This document shows positions 20,070 through 29,235 of a stretch of DNA of 64,000 bases, in pieces. Location: contig CAWAGQ010000005.1 of assembly GCA_963781585.1 (NCBI GenBank), positions 256,001 to 320,000 of the forward strand, written 5' to 3'. The notes beneath the pieces are model-generated. The model saw only the letters and a program-made list of their open reading frames with translations. It had not been told where the DNA came from and made no database searches. The position numbers and the translations under genes are program-made. Positions within the stretch are counted from its first letter, which is position 1. Each line of letters begins with the position of its first letter. The DNA comes from an uncultured Gemmatimonadaceae bacterium. Its GTDB lineage: Bacteria; Gemmatimonadota; Gemmatimonadetes; Gemmatimonadales; Gemmatimonadaceae.

Positions 20070-21116
20070 ATGAGAACCCTGTTCTACGGCGCCGCCACGG
20101 CTCTTGTGGCGGCGCTCTCATCTGCACGGGCGCAGACGCCTGTAGCCATCACGCCCGAGCAGGCGGAGCGCCACCTCACGAACGTCATGCGGTTGACGGC
20201 CGAGGGCGAAAACGCGGAAGCGTATTTCAGCCACGACGGCCAGTGGATCACCTTCCAGACAACCCGCGACGGCTACGACTGTGACCAGCAGTACGTGATG
20301 CGCATCGACGGCACAGGGCTGCATCGCATCTCCAACCGCCGCGGCAAGACCACGTGTGGCTGGTTCTTCCCCGGTGACGGACGGCTCTTTTTCGCCTCGT
20401 CGCAGGCATACGACAGCGCCTGCCCACCCCGACCCGACCCCTCGAAGGGGTACGTCTGGGGGCTGGACCGGTACGATATCTACACGGTCAATCGCGACGG
20501 TACCGATTTGCGACGACTCACCAACTACGGCGTTTACACGGCCGAGGGCGTGCTCTCTCCTGATGGCCGGCGGATTGTCTTCACGTCGCTGAAGGATGGC
20601 GACCTTGAGATTTACACGATGAACGTCGACGGTACCGACGTCCGGCGCCTAACGAACGCTGCCGGATACGACGGCGGGCCATGGTGGTCGCCCGATGGCA
20701 CCAAGATCGCATATCGCGCCTACCACCCCAGCGATCCTGCCGAACTCGCGGACTATCAGAGCCTGCTCGAGCAGCGTCTCGTCCGGCCGACCAAGATGGA
20801 ACTCTGGGTGATGAATGCCGATGGATCCAACCAGCACCAGATCACTCACCTCGGCGGAGCAAACTTCGGTCCCTCGTGGACGCCAGACGGCAAACGTATC
20901 ATCTTCTCCTCAAACTACAGAAACCCCAAGAGCCGGAATTTCGATCTGTACCTGGTCAACCTCGACGGCACAGGTCTCGAACAAATCACCACACATCCGG
21001 AGTTCGACGGCTTTCCGATGTTCAGCCCGGACGGAAGGAAGCTCATCTGGGCCTCCAATCGAGACGCCGCGAAGGAAGGGGAAACCAACCTCCTGATCGC
21101 CGACTGGAAGAACTAG
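20070..21116 (+). CDS. Secreted TolB-like PD40 beta-propeller protein
   Basis: Signal peptide; repeated SPDG/TPDG..I.F blades (ENAEAYFSHDG, YDGGPWWSPDG, FDGFPMFSPDG). Confidence 0.88.
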   Translation: MRTLFYGAATALVAALSSARAQTPVAITPEQAERHLTNVMRLTAEGENAEAYFSHDGQWITFQTTRDGYDCDQQYVMRIDGTGLHRISNRRGKTTCGWFFPGDGRLFFASSQAYDSACPPRPDPSKGYVWGLDRYDIYTVNRDGTDLRRLTNYGVYTAEGVLSPDGRRIVFTSLKDGDLEIYTMNVDGTDVRRLTNAAGYDGGPWWSPDGTKIAYRAYHPSDPAELADYQSLLEQRLVRPTKMELWVMNADGSNQHQITHLGGANFGPSWTPDGKRIIFSSNYRNPKSRNFDLYLVNLDGTGLEQITTHPEFDGFPMFSPDGRKLIWASNRDAAKEGETNLLIADWKN

Positions 21117-21159
21117 CTCCTGCACAACTCCTTCGGCGTATCCCCCCTTCCCGCCTGTC

Positions 21160-21720
21160 GCTCGGAACCGCACAAGCTACTCCCGCCCTCCGGGATTCCA
21201 TTCGTCGAACGACCGCGATCGCTTGACGTTCGATACATGCAGACCGACATCTCGGGCCTCCGTCGCATTACGACCGGGTCCACCTCACGAATCGACTTGC
21301 GTGAGCAAGTGCTCAACTTTCCGAGTCAACCGGTCATCACCAAGGACAACGTCACCATCGGCATCGATGCGGTGTTGTACTACCGGGTTACTGATCCACA
21401 AAGCGAGGCTGGCAAGAGGGCCGCAATTCTGGAAGCCGAGGGCATCCGAGGGTGAGCGGGAAGCCGCCATACTGCGGGCACAGGGGCAGGCGGAAGCTCG
21501 CCTGGCTACCGCCCAGGCAGAAGCCGAGGCCATTCGTCGTATCGACGGCGCCCTCCCTGAAGGACAGGCAGCAACGTATCTGAGTGGCCAGAAGTACCTG
21601 GATGCCCTTCCCGCTCTCTCGCAGGGTAAGGGCTCCACTATCCTCTCTTCCTGCCGAAGCATCGGGCGTCATGGGGGCACTTGGCGGTCTCCGCGAGCTG
21701 GCTCCGCGCCGCTGGGCACG
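21160..21720 (+). pseudogene. SPFH/band-7 (QmcA/paraslipin-like) remnant
   Basis: IPFVERP..IDLREQVLNFPSQPVITKDNV..DAVLYYRVTDP is joined directly to AAILEAEG..AQAEAEAI..YLDALPAL..LPAEASG. N-terminal TM and central domain are missing, with 2 frameshifts. Boundaries approximate. Confidence 0.8.
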
Positions 21721-22143
21721 AGGCCACGGGCGGCGCCCCGACGGGCACAGCCACGAGGTCGCCCAACTCGGGTCCAGGCTCACAGAGCACATCCGTTCAG
21801 GGAAAGGCGACGGAATGATCGGAAGGTGTCCGGTGTCACCGCGCACGACACGGAGTTGTGGTAATTGGTTGCGCTCGGTACCACAACGTTGGCGCTTGAA
21901 TGCGCGTTATGAACGCGGCCGCCTCTTACACATACGGTTCGATGCGCATTGCCTCTCAACGTGGGGCAAGGTGTTTGCTGCGGCCGAGTCGGAGGGAGCC
22001 GCCAATCGGCTCGCACAGCTCCATGAATCGTCACGGCCGGTGGTACTGTGCCGAACTTGGAGATGTGACCTTTGGTGGTTACTTTTCAGGTGGCCTCGGT
22101 TCCCCAGCGGGGAAACGTCGGCTGCACCATCCAAGGAGGCCTA

Positions 22144-22353
22144 ATGCGCAAACCCCGTCCGGCGACCTACAATCCCGCACAAGCCCTGCATCTGATCGCC
22201 AGCGACAGGAATGGCGCTCCGCTCAGCTGTCCATCGTGCGCGGGCGCGATCGAACGCTCCCCTGCACTCGTGCCGCCACCGCCGCGTTCGCACGTGACAC
22301 TGCGCTGCACTTCCTGTGGGCGGGTGGCCCGCTACATCGCCGGCGCTGCCTAG
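22144..22353 (+). CDS. Small (69 aa) zinc-ribbon protein
   Basis: AAGGAGG RBS; CPSC...CTSC. Confidence 0.7.
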   Translation: MRKPRPATYNPAQALHLIASDRNGAPLSCPSCAGAIERSPALVPPPPRSHVTLRCTSCGRVARYIAGAA

Positions 22354-22569
22354 CGGTTTCTGCGACCATCAGCTCGTGCGTCAGTTCAGTACCTCCAGGA
22401 AGGTCCGCTCCCGCCATGGCAATGTCGGGAGCGGCTCTCGTATGGGGGCCGTCACCCTGAGGTAGGTCCGCACCCCCATGATTCACATCCGCCGCACTCG
22501 CCTCGGGCGCTTGGATGTGGTGGACGTACTACCCGTCAGCCCCGGCAGGGGGAAGAGAGGAACGGTTGC

Positions 22570-22776
22570 ATGACACGCATCAGCGGCACAGTGAAATGGT
22601 TCAACGATGCCAAGGGGTTTGGCTTCATCTCACGTGAGGGCGGGCCGGATGTTTTCGTCCATTTCAGCGCGATCCAGATGCCCGGCTTCAAGTCGCTTGC
22701 TGAGGGCGACCGGGTCGAATTTGAAATCGTCCAGGGACAGAAGGGACCACAGGCCTCGGACGTCGTGAAGGTGTAG
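22570..22776 (+). CDS. cspA: Cold-shock protein
   Basis: [31 protein letters not shown]. Confidence 0.96.
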   Translation: MTRISGTVKWFNDAKGFGFISREGGPDVFVHFSAIQMPGFKSLAEGDRVEFEIVQGQKGPQASDVVKV

Positions 22777-22794
22777 CTGCGCGTTCGCCAGAAT

Positions 22795-22829
22795 AGCGCC
22801 CCTGGGACCCGAGCGGTCCCGGGGGCGCT
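22795..22829 (+). terminator. Intrinsic terminator after csp
   Basis: AGCGCCCCTGGGACC-CGAGC-GGTCCCGGGGGCGCT followed by TGCTTTCT. Confidence 0.7.
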
Positions 22830-23171
22830 TGCTTTCTCGCACGCTCGCCTCAAGAACCCGGTCACTCTTGTGACTCTGAAGGCCGGTGAATAACTGACCA
22901 ACTATCATACGATGGTTACTGCGGCTCGGCCGATAATTCTGGATCGGTGGAGTCCGCGATCTCCCCTCGCGAACGGTGCTCACTGCGGCTCCGCTCGGCC
23001 TGCCCGCTTGTCCCTCAGGGAGGCTGGAGTGAGCAGCGGAACCCTTCGAAGAACCGGGTGGAGGCGAGCGAAGCACGTAACGAACTCGCTAACTGGGTCG
23101 TCACGTATTCGGTCGCAAACGGGTCTCGTCCCTCGCGCTCCCCACTCTTGCCCACAAACAGCCCCCCTGAG

Positions 23172-23456
23172 ATGCAGGGTCGCAGAATCCTCTACCGGCG
23201 CGAGCTTCCGGGCGGAGGATACGTCAACGTGCACGAAGAGCCCGTAGCAGCCGGCGAACCACATCGGGCCTACGTCTCCGTGGAGCGTCGATCAGACCCC
23301 GAGCGGCGCGACGGCCACCCCGCACCCGTCATCGCCTCGGCCGAGGGCGCGTCGACTCACACCGTGTTCCGCCAGCTTCTCGAGATCGCTTCGGATAATG
23401 TGGCCATTGCGCGCGCATTGCTGCACTGGCAGTCCGATGGGAGAGCGCGGTTCTAG
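23172..23456 (+). CDS. Hypothetical protein (94 aa)
   Basis: Protein-like alpha/beta composition (MQGRRILYRRELPGGGYV...IASDNVAIARALLHW); ATG at 23172. Confidence 0.6.
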   Translation: MQGRRILYRRELPGGGYVNVHEEPVAAGEPHRAYVSVERRSDPERRDGHPAPVIASAEGASTHTVFRQLLEIASDNVAIARALLHWQSDGRARF

Positions 23457-23599
23457 GGGGCACTGCCGGCTGTGAGGAACAACTCCGCACACTAGGCTGT
23501 CTTCAGGACCGCGTCGGACCTCCGAATGCATCACGGCTGGGGTGCCGTGGCGCCGAATGATGCCCGGTCAGCCTCGGCCCCGGATCGCGCTCGAGAGTG

Positions 23600-23917
23600 T
23601 CAGCCGGCACCGGAGTGCGCCGTCTCACGTTCAAGGGGAAGGTCCATCTGTCGCATTTCGTTGCCTGGCCCGGCTGGCGCTCGGCGACGGGTTGCGGGAT
23701 CGCTGGAGACTCCCAGCAGGTGGGCAGTCTGGTGGTACAGATGAAGGGCATGCAGCGGGGCGACGAAGGTGCGCCGCTGACCGTCGGCGATTGCGACCGC
23801 TTCGTCCCGGACGGCTCGGGGCAGGGCGCGCGATAGCGGATGCGCGAGGAGCGCACGAATGCGCTCGCCATTGCGCGCGATGAGAGCACCGCAGAGTGAG
23901 TCGAGGAAGGCGAGCAC
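23600..23917 (-). CDS. Small helical hypothetical protein (105 aa) with QMDLPL motif near the C-terminus
   Basis: GGAGG 4 nt before GTG 23917; amphipathic helices; operator-like palindrome upstream. Confidence 0.65.
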   Translation of the reverse strand: MLAFLDSLCGALIARNGERIRALLAHPLSRALPRAVRDEAVAIADGQRRTFVAPLHALHLYHQTAHLLGVSSDPATRRRAPAGPGNEMRQMDLPLERETAHSGAG

Positions 23918-23939
23918 GGCGCCTCCGGGGCTTTTTATG

Positions 23940-23960
23940 TAATTGACATCTTGCAACTAA
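23940..23960. promoter_or_regulatory. 21-bp imperfect palindrome, candidate NrtR-like operator 2
   Basis: TAATTGACATCTTGCAACTAA closely resembles the site at 24871-24891; AT-rich island in GC-rich DNA. Confidence 0.6.
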
Positions 23961-24164
23961 ATATAACGACCGCCACGCAGTCCAGAATGTCACTGGAACC
24001 CCGCCACGCCGTCGCAATTTCCCACGCACGCAGTCTGCAGGGGGATCGTCACACCGGCGTCACGCGCCCGCAACGGCTGCGCCTAGATACCGCCGCCTGC
24101 GGGTCGCCGTTCCACACCGACGCCAGCCTCAGGCCGGCACTCGGGTCCGACCCCCCGCATTCCT

Positions 24165-24860
24165 TTACAGGAGGTCCAACCGAACACCTCGGGGTCGCCG
24201 ACGGCGACGGCGCGGGGCATACCGAAACAGCTGCGCGGGCCGTCCGCGGCCCTCGCTTCGCCATTCGTCGATCGGCTCCACAAGCCACGCCGCGTGCAGC
24301 GCGCGCCGGAAACTCGCCTTGTGCACCGGCCGCCCCAGCAACAGTTCGTACACCTGCTGCAAGTCGCTCAGTGTGAATCGGGCAGGAAGGAGTCGGAACG
24401 GGATCGGCACGTAGTCCATGCGCTGCCGCAGCGCGTCCAGCGCGGCACGGACCATCGCCTCCTGGCGCACACCGAGTGCAGGCAGATCATCGCTGTCCTT
24501 CCAGCCTGCAGAGCGCGCGATCTGCTGATTCGCCCCGGACGGAGTCACCGATACGAAACACACCGACAACGACGCACCGCTGGGATGGGTCGCCGTTTCC
24601 GCAAACGCCCCCACCTGCTCCATCCACGCCGCGTCCAGTCCGGCCACCGCTCTGGTGATGCGCCGCGCTGCGGCATCGAGCGCCTCGTGGGCTTGCGGAA
24701 CTGCCCAGGGAATCTCCCAGGTCCTCCGCCCGCGCGGGCCGGGCGCCTCAACGCAGAGCACCCCGAGCTTCCCCAGATGGGGCGTCACGACCACGACGTC
24801 CACCGTGTACCACGATTGGCGCCCAGGTGCACGATGCGAAAGAGCAGGCCGGTCGCGCAT
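24165..24860 (-). CDS. nrtR: NrtR-family regulator (degenerate NUDIX domain plus winged HTH)
   Basis: TVDVVV..EALDAAARR..GL..WMEQVGAF; FTLSDLQQVYELLLG..KASFRR..GRGRPAQLF. Alternative GTG start at 24878. Confidence 0.85.
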   Translation of the reverse strand: MRDRPALSHRAPGRQSWYTVDVVVVTPHLGKLGVLCVEAPGPRGRRTWEIPWAVPQAHEALDAAARRITRAVAGLDAAWMEQVGAFAETATHPSGASLSVCFVSVTPSGANQQIARSAGWKDSDDLPALGVRQEAMVRAALDALRQRMDYVPIPFRLLPARFTLSDLQQVYELLLGRPVHKASFRRALHAAWLVEPIDEWRSEGRGRPAQLFRYAPRRRRRRPRGVRLDLL

Positions 24861-24870
24861 GTCGCGCGAA

Positions 24871-24891
24871 TTAGTCACATCTTGAAACTTA
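24871..24891. promoter_or_regulatory. 21-bp imperfect palindrome, candidate NrtR autoregulatory operator
   Basis: TTAGTCACATCTTGAAACTTA (TWAGTnnCAnnnTGnnACTWA) abuts a minus-strand TTGACA at 24892-24897. Confidence 0.65.
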
Positions 24892-24984
24892 TGTCAAGTC
24901 CGCCCTCAGCACCGACCATCCGATGGCCGACGTCCACCTCGATCGCCGCGCGCGGATAGTACGGCGCACCCAGGCCAGCGTCAA

Positions 24985-26832
24985 TCACGGCGACGGACCT
25001 GTGCGTCTTGCCCGTGTCAGCCCCGCACCTCGTGTCAGGTAGGGAGGAATTGAAACCGGAAGATGGGCGCTGATCGGCGTGATTCCCAGGAGGGCGCGCG
25101 CCGCTGCCCGCTGCGTCGCGTTCATCCCTCCCCAGGCCACTAGATAGCTGGAAACAGACGGCGCCTGCGACAGCAGATATGGTGTGCCGAAGGAGACGAG
25201 AACCACCGGCAGCGCACGCGATTGAAGCCGATCGAGAAGCAGGGCAAAGCTGCTCGGTGCGCTCGACGTTACACTGCTCGAACTGATGTTTACGTAGCTC
25301 CCGAGCACAACGACGTCCACGCTGTCTGCGCTCGCTATCACGGAATCCAGGTCCGGTACAGCCTCATCCGCGTCGACGAACGCGGTTCGAACCCGTACTC
25401 CCCCTTGTCGCAGCTCGACGTTGAAGACTACACCCGCTCCCAGATCACTACGGCGGGCGTACGTGACCGACAGGACTCGACGCGGTGGGACACTTCCGAC
25501 GAGCGGCACCAGGTCCAGCGAGTCCTTCGCCAGCACCACCGCCCGCTCCGCAATGCGGTCCGCCAGAGCAACGTGCCCCGAATCACCCACGACCGTCCGG
25601 ACGCTGTCCACATCCACCAGACGCGTTCGTTGCAGCCCAAGCTTCGCTTTCATCGTCAGCAGACGACGCGCCGACGCGTCGATCCGCTGCGCAGTGTAGC
25701 GCCCCTCTTGCACGCCGGCCACAACCGCATCGATGGTGCCCCGGATATCCGACGGCATCAGCAGGACGTCAGCCCCCGCCGCGACAGCCCTCTTTGCCGC
25801 CTCGAAAGCGCCAAACTGCGAGACAACTCCGGCCATGTCCATTGCGTCCGTCACAAGCAGTCCTTGAAACCCGAGTTCCTTGCGCAACAGGTCCGTCATG
25901 ACGCGCGACGAAAGGGTGGCCGGTACGCCGCTGGAATCGAGTGCCGGGAGAAACCCGTGGAAAGTCATGATCGCACCGACATGTGCATCGATGGCGGCAC
26001 GGAAGGGAGGCAGCTCCACGCTGTCGAGTCGCGCCCGGCTGGCGGTTACCACCGCGAGCGCGAGATGGGAATTCGTCTCCGTGTCGCCGTGGCCTGGGAA
26101 GTGCTTTCCTGTCGCGATCACGCCGTGGTCCTGCAGTCCACGCACGTATGCGGCCCCGAGCCGCGCCGTTACCAGAGGATCTTCGGAGAACGAGCGAGCC
26201 CCGATGACCGGGTTCGCGGGATTGTTGTTGACGTCGAGATCGGGGCCGAAGGCTATGTGGATTCCGAGCGCCCTCGCCTCCCGAGCGGTGGCGCTGGCCT
26301 CCTCGTACACCAACGCCGAGTCGCCCACTGCGCCCAGCGCCATCTGGAGGGGAAACGTCGTGGCACCGCCCAGCTCGATGGCGTTCGGCACGAAGAAACC
26401 GCCGCGAGCACGGAATCCCGCGCCGGTCTCCAGATCCGCGCCAACCAGCAGGGGCAGCCGACTCGCCCGCTGCAGTGCATTGAGTTTCACCGCGATATCG
26501 AGGGGTGACCCGACCGAGATAATCACACCGCCGACATGTTCCTCTTCCATCAGCTGCGTGATGCGGCGCCATTCACGAGAGTCCTGGGCCACGTAGTCTC
26601 CAAGAACCCAGGGCCACACCAGCTGCGCCACGCGGTCGCGGAGTGAAAGCGTGGCCAGCACCGAATCGGCCCACGCCGAGGCTGATTCCGTCCTCTCAAC
26701 AGCACCGGGCAGATCGACACCCGCTCCTGTTGCGATCGGCGTCCTGCAGCCAATCACTGCGAGTGCAGCAAACGGCACCAGGCGCCATCGGATGGGCGAC
26801 TGTCCGCTGCTCGAGGAACGGGCTTCAGTCAT
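24985..26832 (-). CDS. nagZ: GH3 beta-N-acetylglucosaminidase, two-domain, probable lipoprotein
   Basis: KHFPGHGDT..NSH, DVNNNPANPVIGARSFSED, LVTDAMDM; VIGC lipobox-like signal. Confidence 0.88.
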   Translation of the reverse strand: MTEARSSSSGQSPIRWRLVPFAALAVIGCRTPIATGAGVDLPGAVERTESASAWADSVLATLSLRDRVAQLVWPWVLGDYVAQDSREWRRITQLMEEEHVGGVIISVGSPLDIAVKLNALQRASRLPLLVGADLETGAGFRARGGFFVPNAIELGGATTFPLQMALGAVGDSALVYEEASATAREARALGIHIAFGPDLDVNNNPANPVIGARSFSEDPLVTARLGAAYVRGLQDHGVIATGKHFPGHGDTETNSHLALAVVTASRARLDSVELPPFRAAIDAHVGAIMTFHGFLPALDSSGVPATLSSRVMTDLLRKELGFQGLLVTDAMDMAGVVSQFGAFEAAKRAVAAGADVLLMPSDIRGTIDAVVAGVQEGRYTAQRIDASARRLLTMKAKLGLQRTRLVDVDSVRTVVGDSGHVALADRIAERAVVLAKDSLDLVPLVGSVPPRRVLSVTYARRSDLGAGVVFNVELRQGGVRVRTAFVDADEAVPDLDSVIASADSVDVVVLGSYVNISSSSVTSSAPSSFALLLDRLQSRALPVVLVSFGTPYLLSQAPSVSSYLVAWGGMNATQRAAARALLGITPISAHLPVSIPPYLTRGAGLTRARRTGPSP

Positions 26833-26841
26833 GGCCGGATT

Positions 26842-27120
26842 TCACCAGCTGATGGTGCCCTTCTTGCTGGTGTCGACGTCTTCCCCCGATCCACTCTTGA
26901 ACAGGAAAGCCTGGAGGTTGCGCGTCAGGAAGGCCCGTGCCTGCGGATCCATCACATTGAGTCCGTAGTGGTTGATCAGCATGGTCTGCTGCCGCAACCA
27001 ATCTCCCCAACATTGCTGACAGATTTCGGCGACGATGCGAGCCCCTATCTGACCGGGGAAGGGCGGGCGCTCAAAGCCCGCGCGCGTCTGCCCGCAATGC
27101 GAGCAAGTGACTTCCGGCAT
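26842..27120 (-). CDS. yggX: Fe(II)-trafficking/oxidative damage protection protein
   Basis: PPFPGQIGARI..EI..QCWGDWL.QQTMLINHYGLNVMDPQARAFL..FLF. Confidence 0.85.
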   Translation of the reverse strand: MPEVTCSHCGQTRAGFERPPFPGQIGARIVAEICQQCWGDWLRQQTMLINHYGLNVMDPQARAFLTRNLQAFLFKSGSGEDVDTSKKGTISW

Positions 27121-27177
27121 GCCAGCCTCTGTTCTTCAGCGAGACAATTCGTCCGGCAACTCCGATACAACAAGATG

Positions 27178-27954
27178 TCAAGTCACCGGCTGCTGCCGCC
27201 GCCGGCTCGACCCGGCGTGAAGTATCTGCGCGAGGCCCAGCACCGAGAGCGCCCGGAGATACAGCCAGCCCACATCGAACTCGAACCATCGAGCCGCGAA
27301 ACGCGCTGATCGGGGGTCGGCGTGGTGGTTGTTGTGCAGCTCCTCACCGCCGAGCCAGATAGCAATCGGAGCGATGTTCCGGCTCTCGTCCTTGAGCTGG
27401 AAGTTCCGGTATCCCACGGCATGGCCGAATCCGTTGATCACGCCCGCCGCCCAGAACGGAATCCAGATCATTTGAATGCCCCAGACGACGCCCCCGATCA
27501 GAATTCCGAACAGGTATACATCGGCGGCCAGCATCACGATGACCCCAAGCCAGTTGAGCCTCGTAAACACATTCCGCTCGAGCCAGTCGTTGGGAGTTCC
27601 GCGACCGTACTTCTCGAGAATCCCCGGCTGGCGCACCGTGCGTCGATAGTAGAACGCCCCCTTCAGGACGATGTTCCGCAGGCCTTCGAGCAGAGGACTG
27701 TGCGGATCTCCTTCACGATCCGCGAAAGCATGGTGCTTTCGATGGCAGGCCACCCACTCCTTGGTCACGATGGCAGTAGTGAGCCATAGCCAGACCCGCA
27801 TCGGCACGGCGGCAAGCCACCGGAGCCTCACGGCACGATGCGTCTGAGAACGATGCAGAAAAAGCGTAACGCACACGTTCGTGAGATGACCCGCGATGAC
27901 GATGAAGACGACTGGCTTCCACCACGAGGCCGACCAGCTGCCAAACTCTGGCAT
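27178..27954 (-). CDS. desA: Delta-9 acyl-CoA/fatty acid desaturase
   Basis: His boxes HRSQTH, HRKHH and HNNHH; GDPHSP; WAAGVINGFGH. Confidence 0.92.
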   Translation of the reverse strand: MPEFGSWSASWWKPVVFIVIAGHLTNVCVTLFLHRSQTHRAVRLRWLAAVPMRVWLWLTTAIVTKEWVACHRKHHAFADREGDPHSPLLEGLRNIVLKGAFYYRRTVRQPGILEKYGRGTPNDWLERNVFTRLNWLGVIVMLAADVYLFGILIGGVVWGIQMIWIPFWAAGVINGFGHAVGYRNFQLKDESRNIAPIAIWLGGEELHNNHHADPRSARFAARWFEFDVGWLYLRALSVLGLAQILHAGSSRRRQQPVT

Positions 27955-28203
27955 TCATACTCCGCCGTCAGGGTTCGCTGCCGTAGTTCCATTCCCATTT
28001 CGCGCCTGGCACAACGCGTCGCGGCCCGGACGGTGCAAGCCGTCCGGGCCGCAGGGTCGTTAATCTACAGCCTACCCGTCTGACTGCCAACCGGGTGGCC
28101 CGAGTCTCAGCGGGCTGTGAGGGGCCCCTCGAGGTCTTGCTTTCAAGGTCTCGCACGGTGACCTCGAGGGCAGTCGGACTGCCCAGCCACGCTCTCCATC
28201 ACC

Positions 28204-29190
28204 GTGAACGACGCTGCACATCACTGCTCGGATGGGAGGTTCCGAAACCCTTGGCCGGGAGCGGAACCTCGAGAACTCCGCGACGTCATGCGGTGGCTCT
28301 TATGGGAGCGCTTGCGACATCCGCGTCCGGCTGATTCGCGACCTCACAGCTTTCCCGTCGCGCGCCCTGGCGAAGTGCCTGCGATTCCTCCCCGTGGCCT
28401 CGCCGTTACCTGGATCGGGCATTCTACGGCGCTCCTGCAAATCGGAGCAGTGAGCCTGCTCACTGATCCGATTTGGAGCGACCGCGCTTCGCCGGTTCGA
28501 TGGCTCGGCCCGAAGCGCTGGGTTCCTCCTGGCGTCCGGATCGAGTCCCTGCCAACGGTGGACGTTGTACTCCTCTCACACGATCACTACGACCATCTCG
28601 ACTTGCCCACGATCCGTCGCCTGACGAGACGATTCCCGGCTGCATCGTGGTTTGTGCCGCTGGGAATCGGCGAGCTGATTCACAGGGCGGGCGTCACATC
28701 AATCACGGAGCTCGATTGGTGGGAAGGGCGCACGCTGGGATCGCTGACGATCACATGCGCGCCGGCCCAGCACTTCAGCGGTCGCGGTCGCGGTGACAGG
28801 GGACGCCGGCTCTGGAGTAGTTGGTGCGTAAGAAATGAAGACCACGGGCTCTTCTTCGGCGGAGACACCGCCTTGCATCCCGAATTCGGACGGATCGGAG
28901 CCGCGTGTGGCCCATTCGATGCCGCGCTCCTGCCAATCGGCGCCTACGCACCCCGCTGGTTCATGCATGTGGTCCACATGGATCCCGAGGAGGCCGTGAC
29001 CGCATACCAGACGCTCACCAGTGCACAGACGCAGCCCTGCGTCTTTGTTCCCATTCACTGGGGTACGTTCAAGCTCGCCGACGAGCCGATGCGCGAACCG
29101 CCGCAACGTCTCCTTGCTGCCTGGGAAAGTGCTCGGCTGTCACCGGAGTCGCTCTGGTTGCTCGCGCACGGCGAGACACGGGCCCTCTAA
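28204..29190 (+). CDS. MBL-fold hydrolase, NAPE-PLD/RomA-like
   Basis: GRFRNPW, WIGHST, SHDHYDHLD, PAQHFSGR, GDT, LPIGAYAPRWF, IHWGTF. Confidence 0.9.
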   Translation: MNDAAHHCSDGRFRNPWPGAEPRELRDVMRWLLWERLRHPRPADSRPHSFPVARPGEVPAIPPRGLAVTWIGHSTALLQIGAVSLLTDPIWSDRASPVRWLGPKRWVPPGVRIESLPTVDVVLLSHDHYDHLDLPTIRRLTRRFPAASWFVPLGIGELIHRAGVTSITELDWWEGRTLGSLTITCAPAQHFSGRGRGDRGRRLWSSWCVRNEDHGLFFGGDTALHPEFGRIGAACGPFDAALLPIGAYAPRWFMHVVHMDPEEAVTAYQTLTSAQTQPCVFVPIHWGTFKLADEPMREPPQRLLAAWESARLSPESLWLLAHGETRAL

Positions 29191-29235
29191 ACTCTGCGGC
29201 GGCAGGCAGCGATACCTGATTGAATCGCTCAAGAC

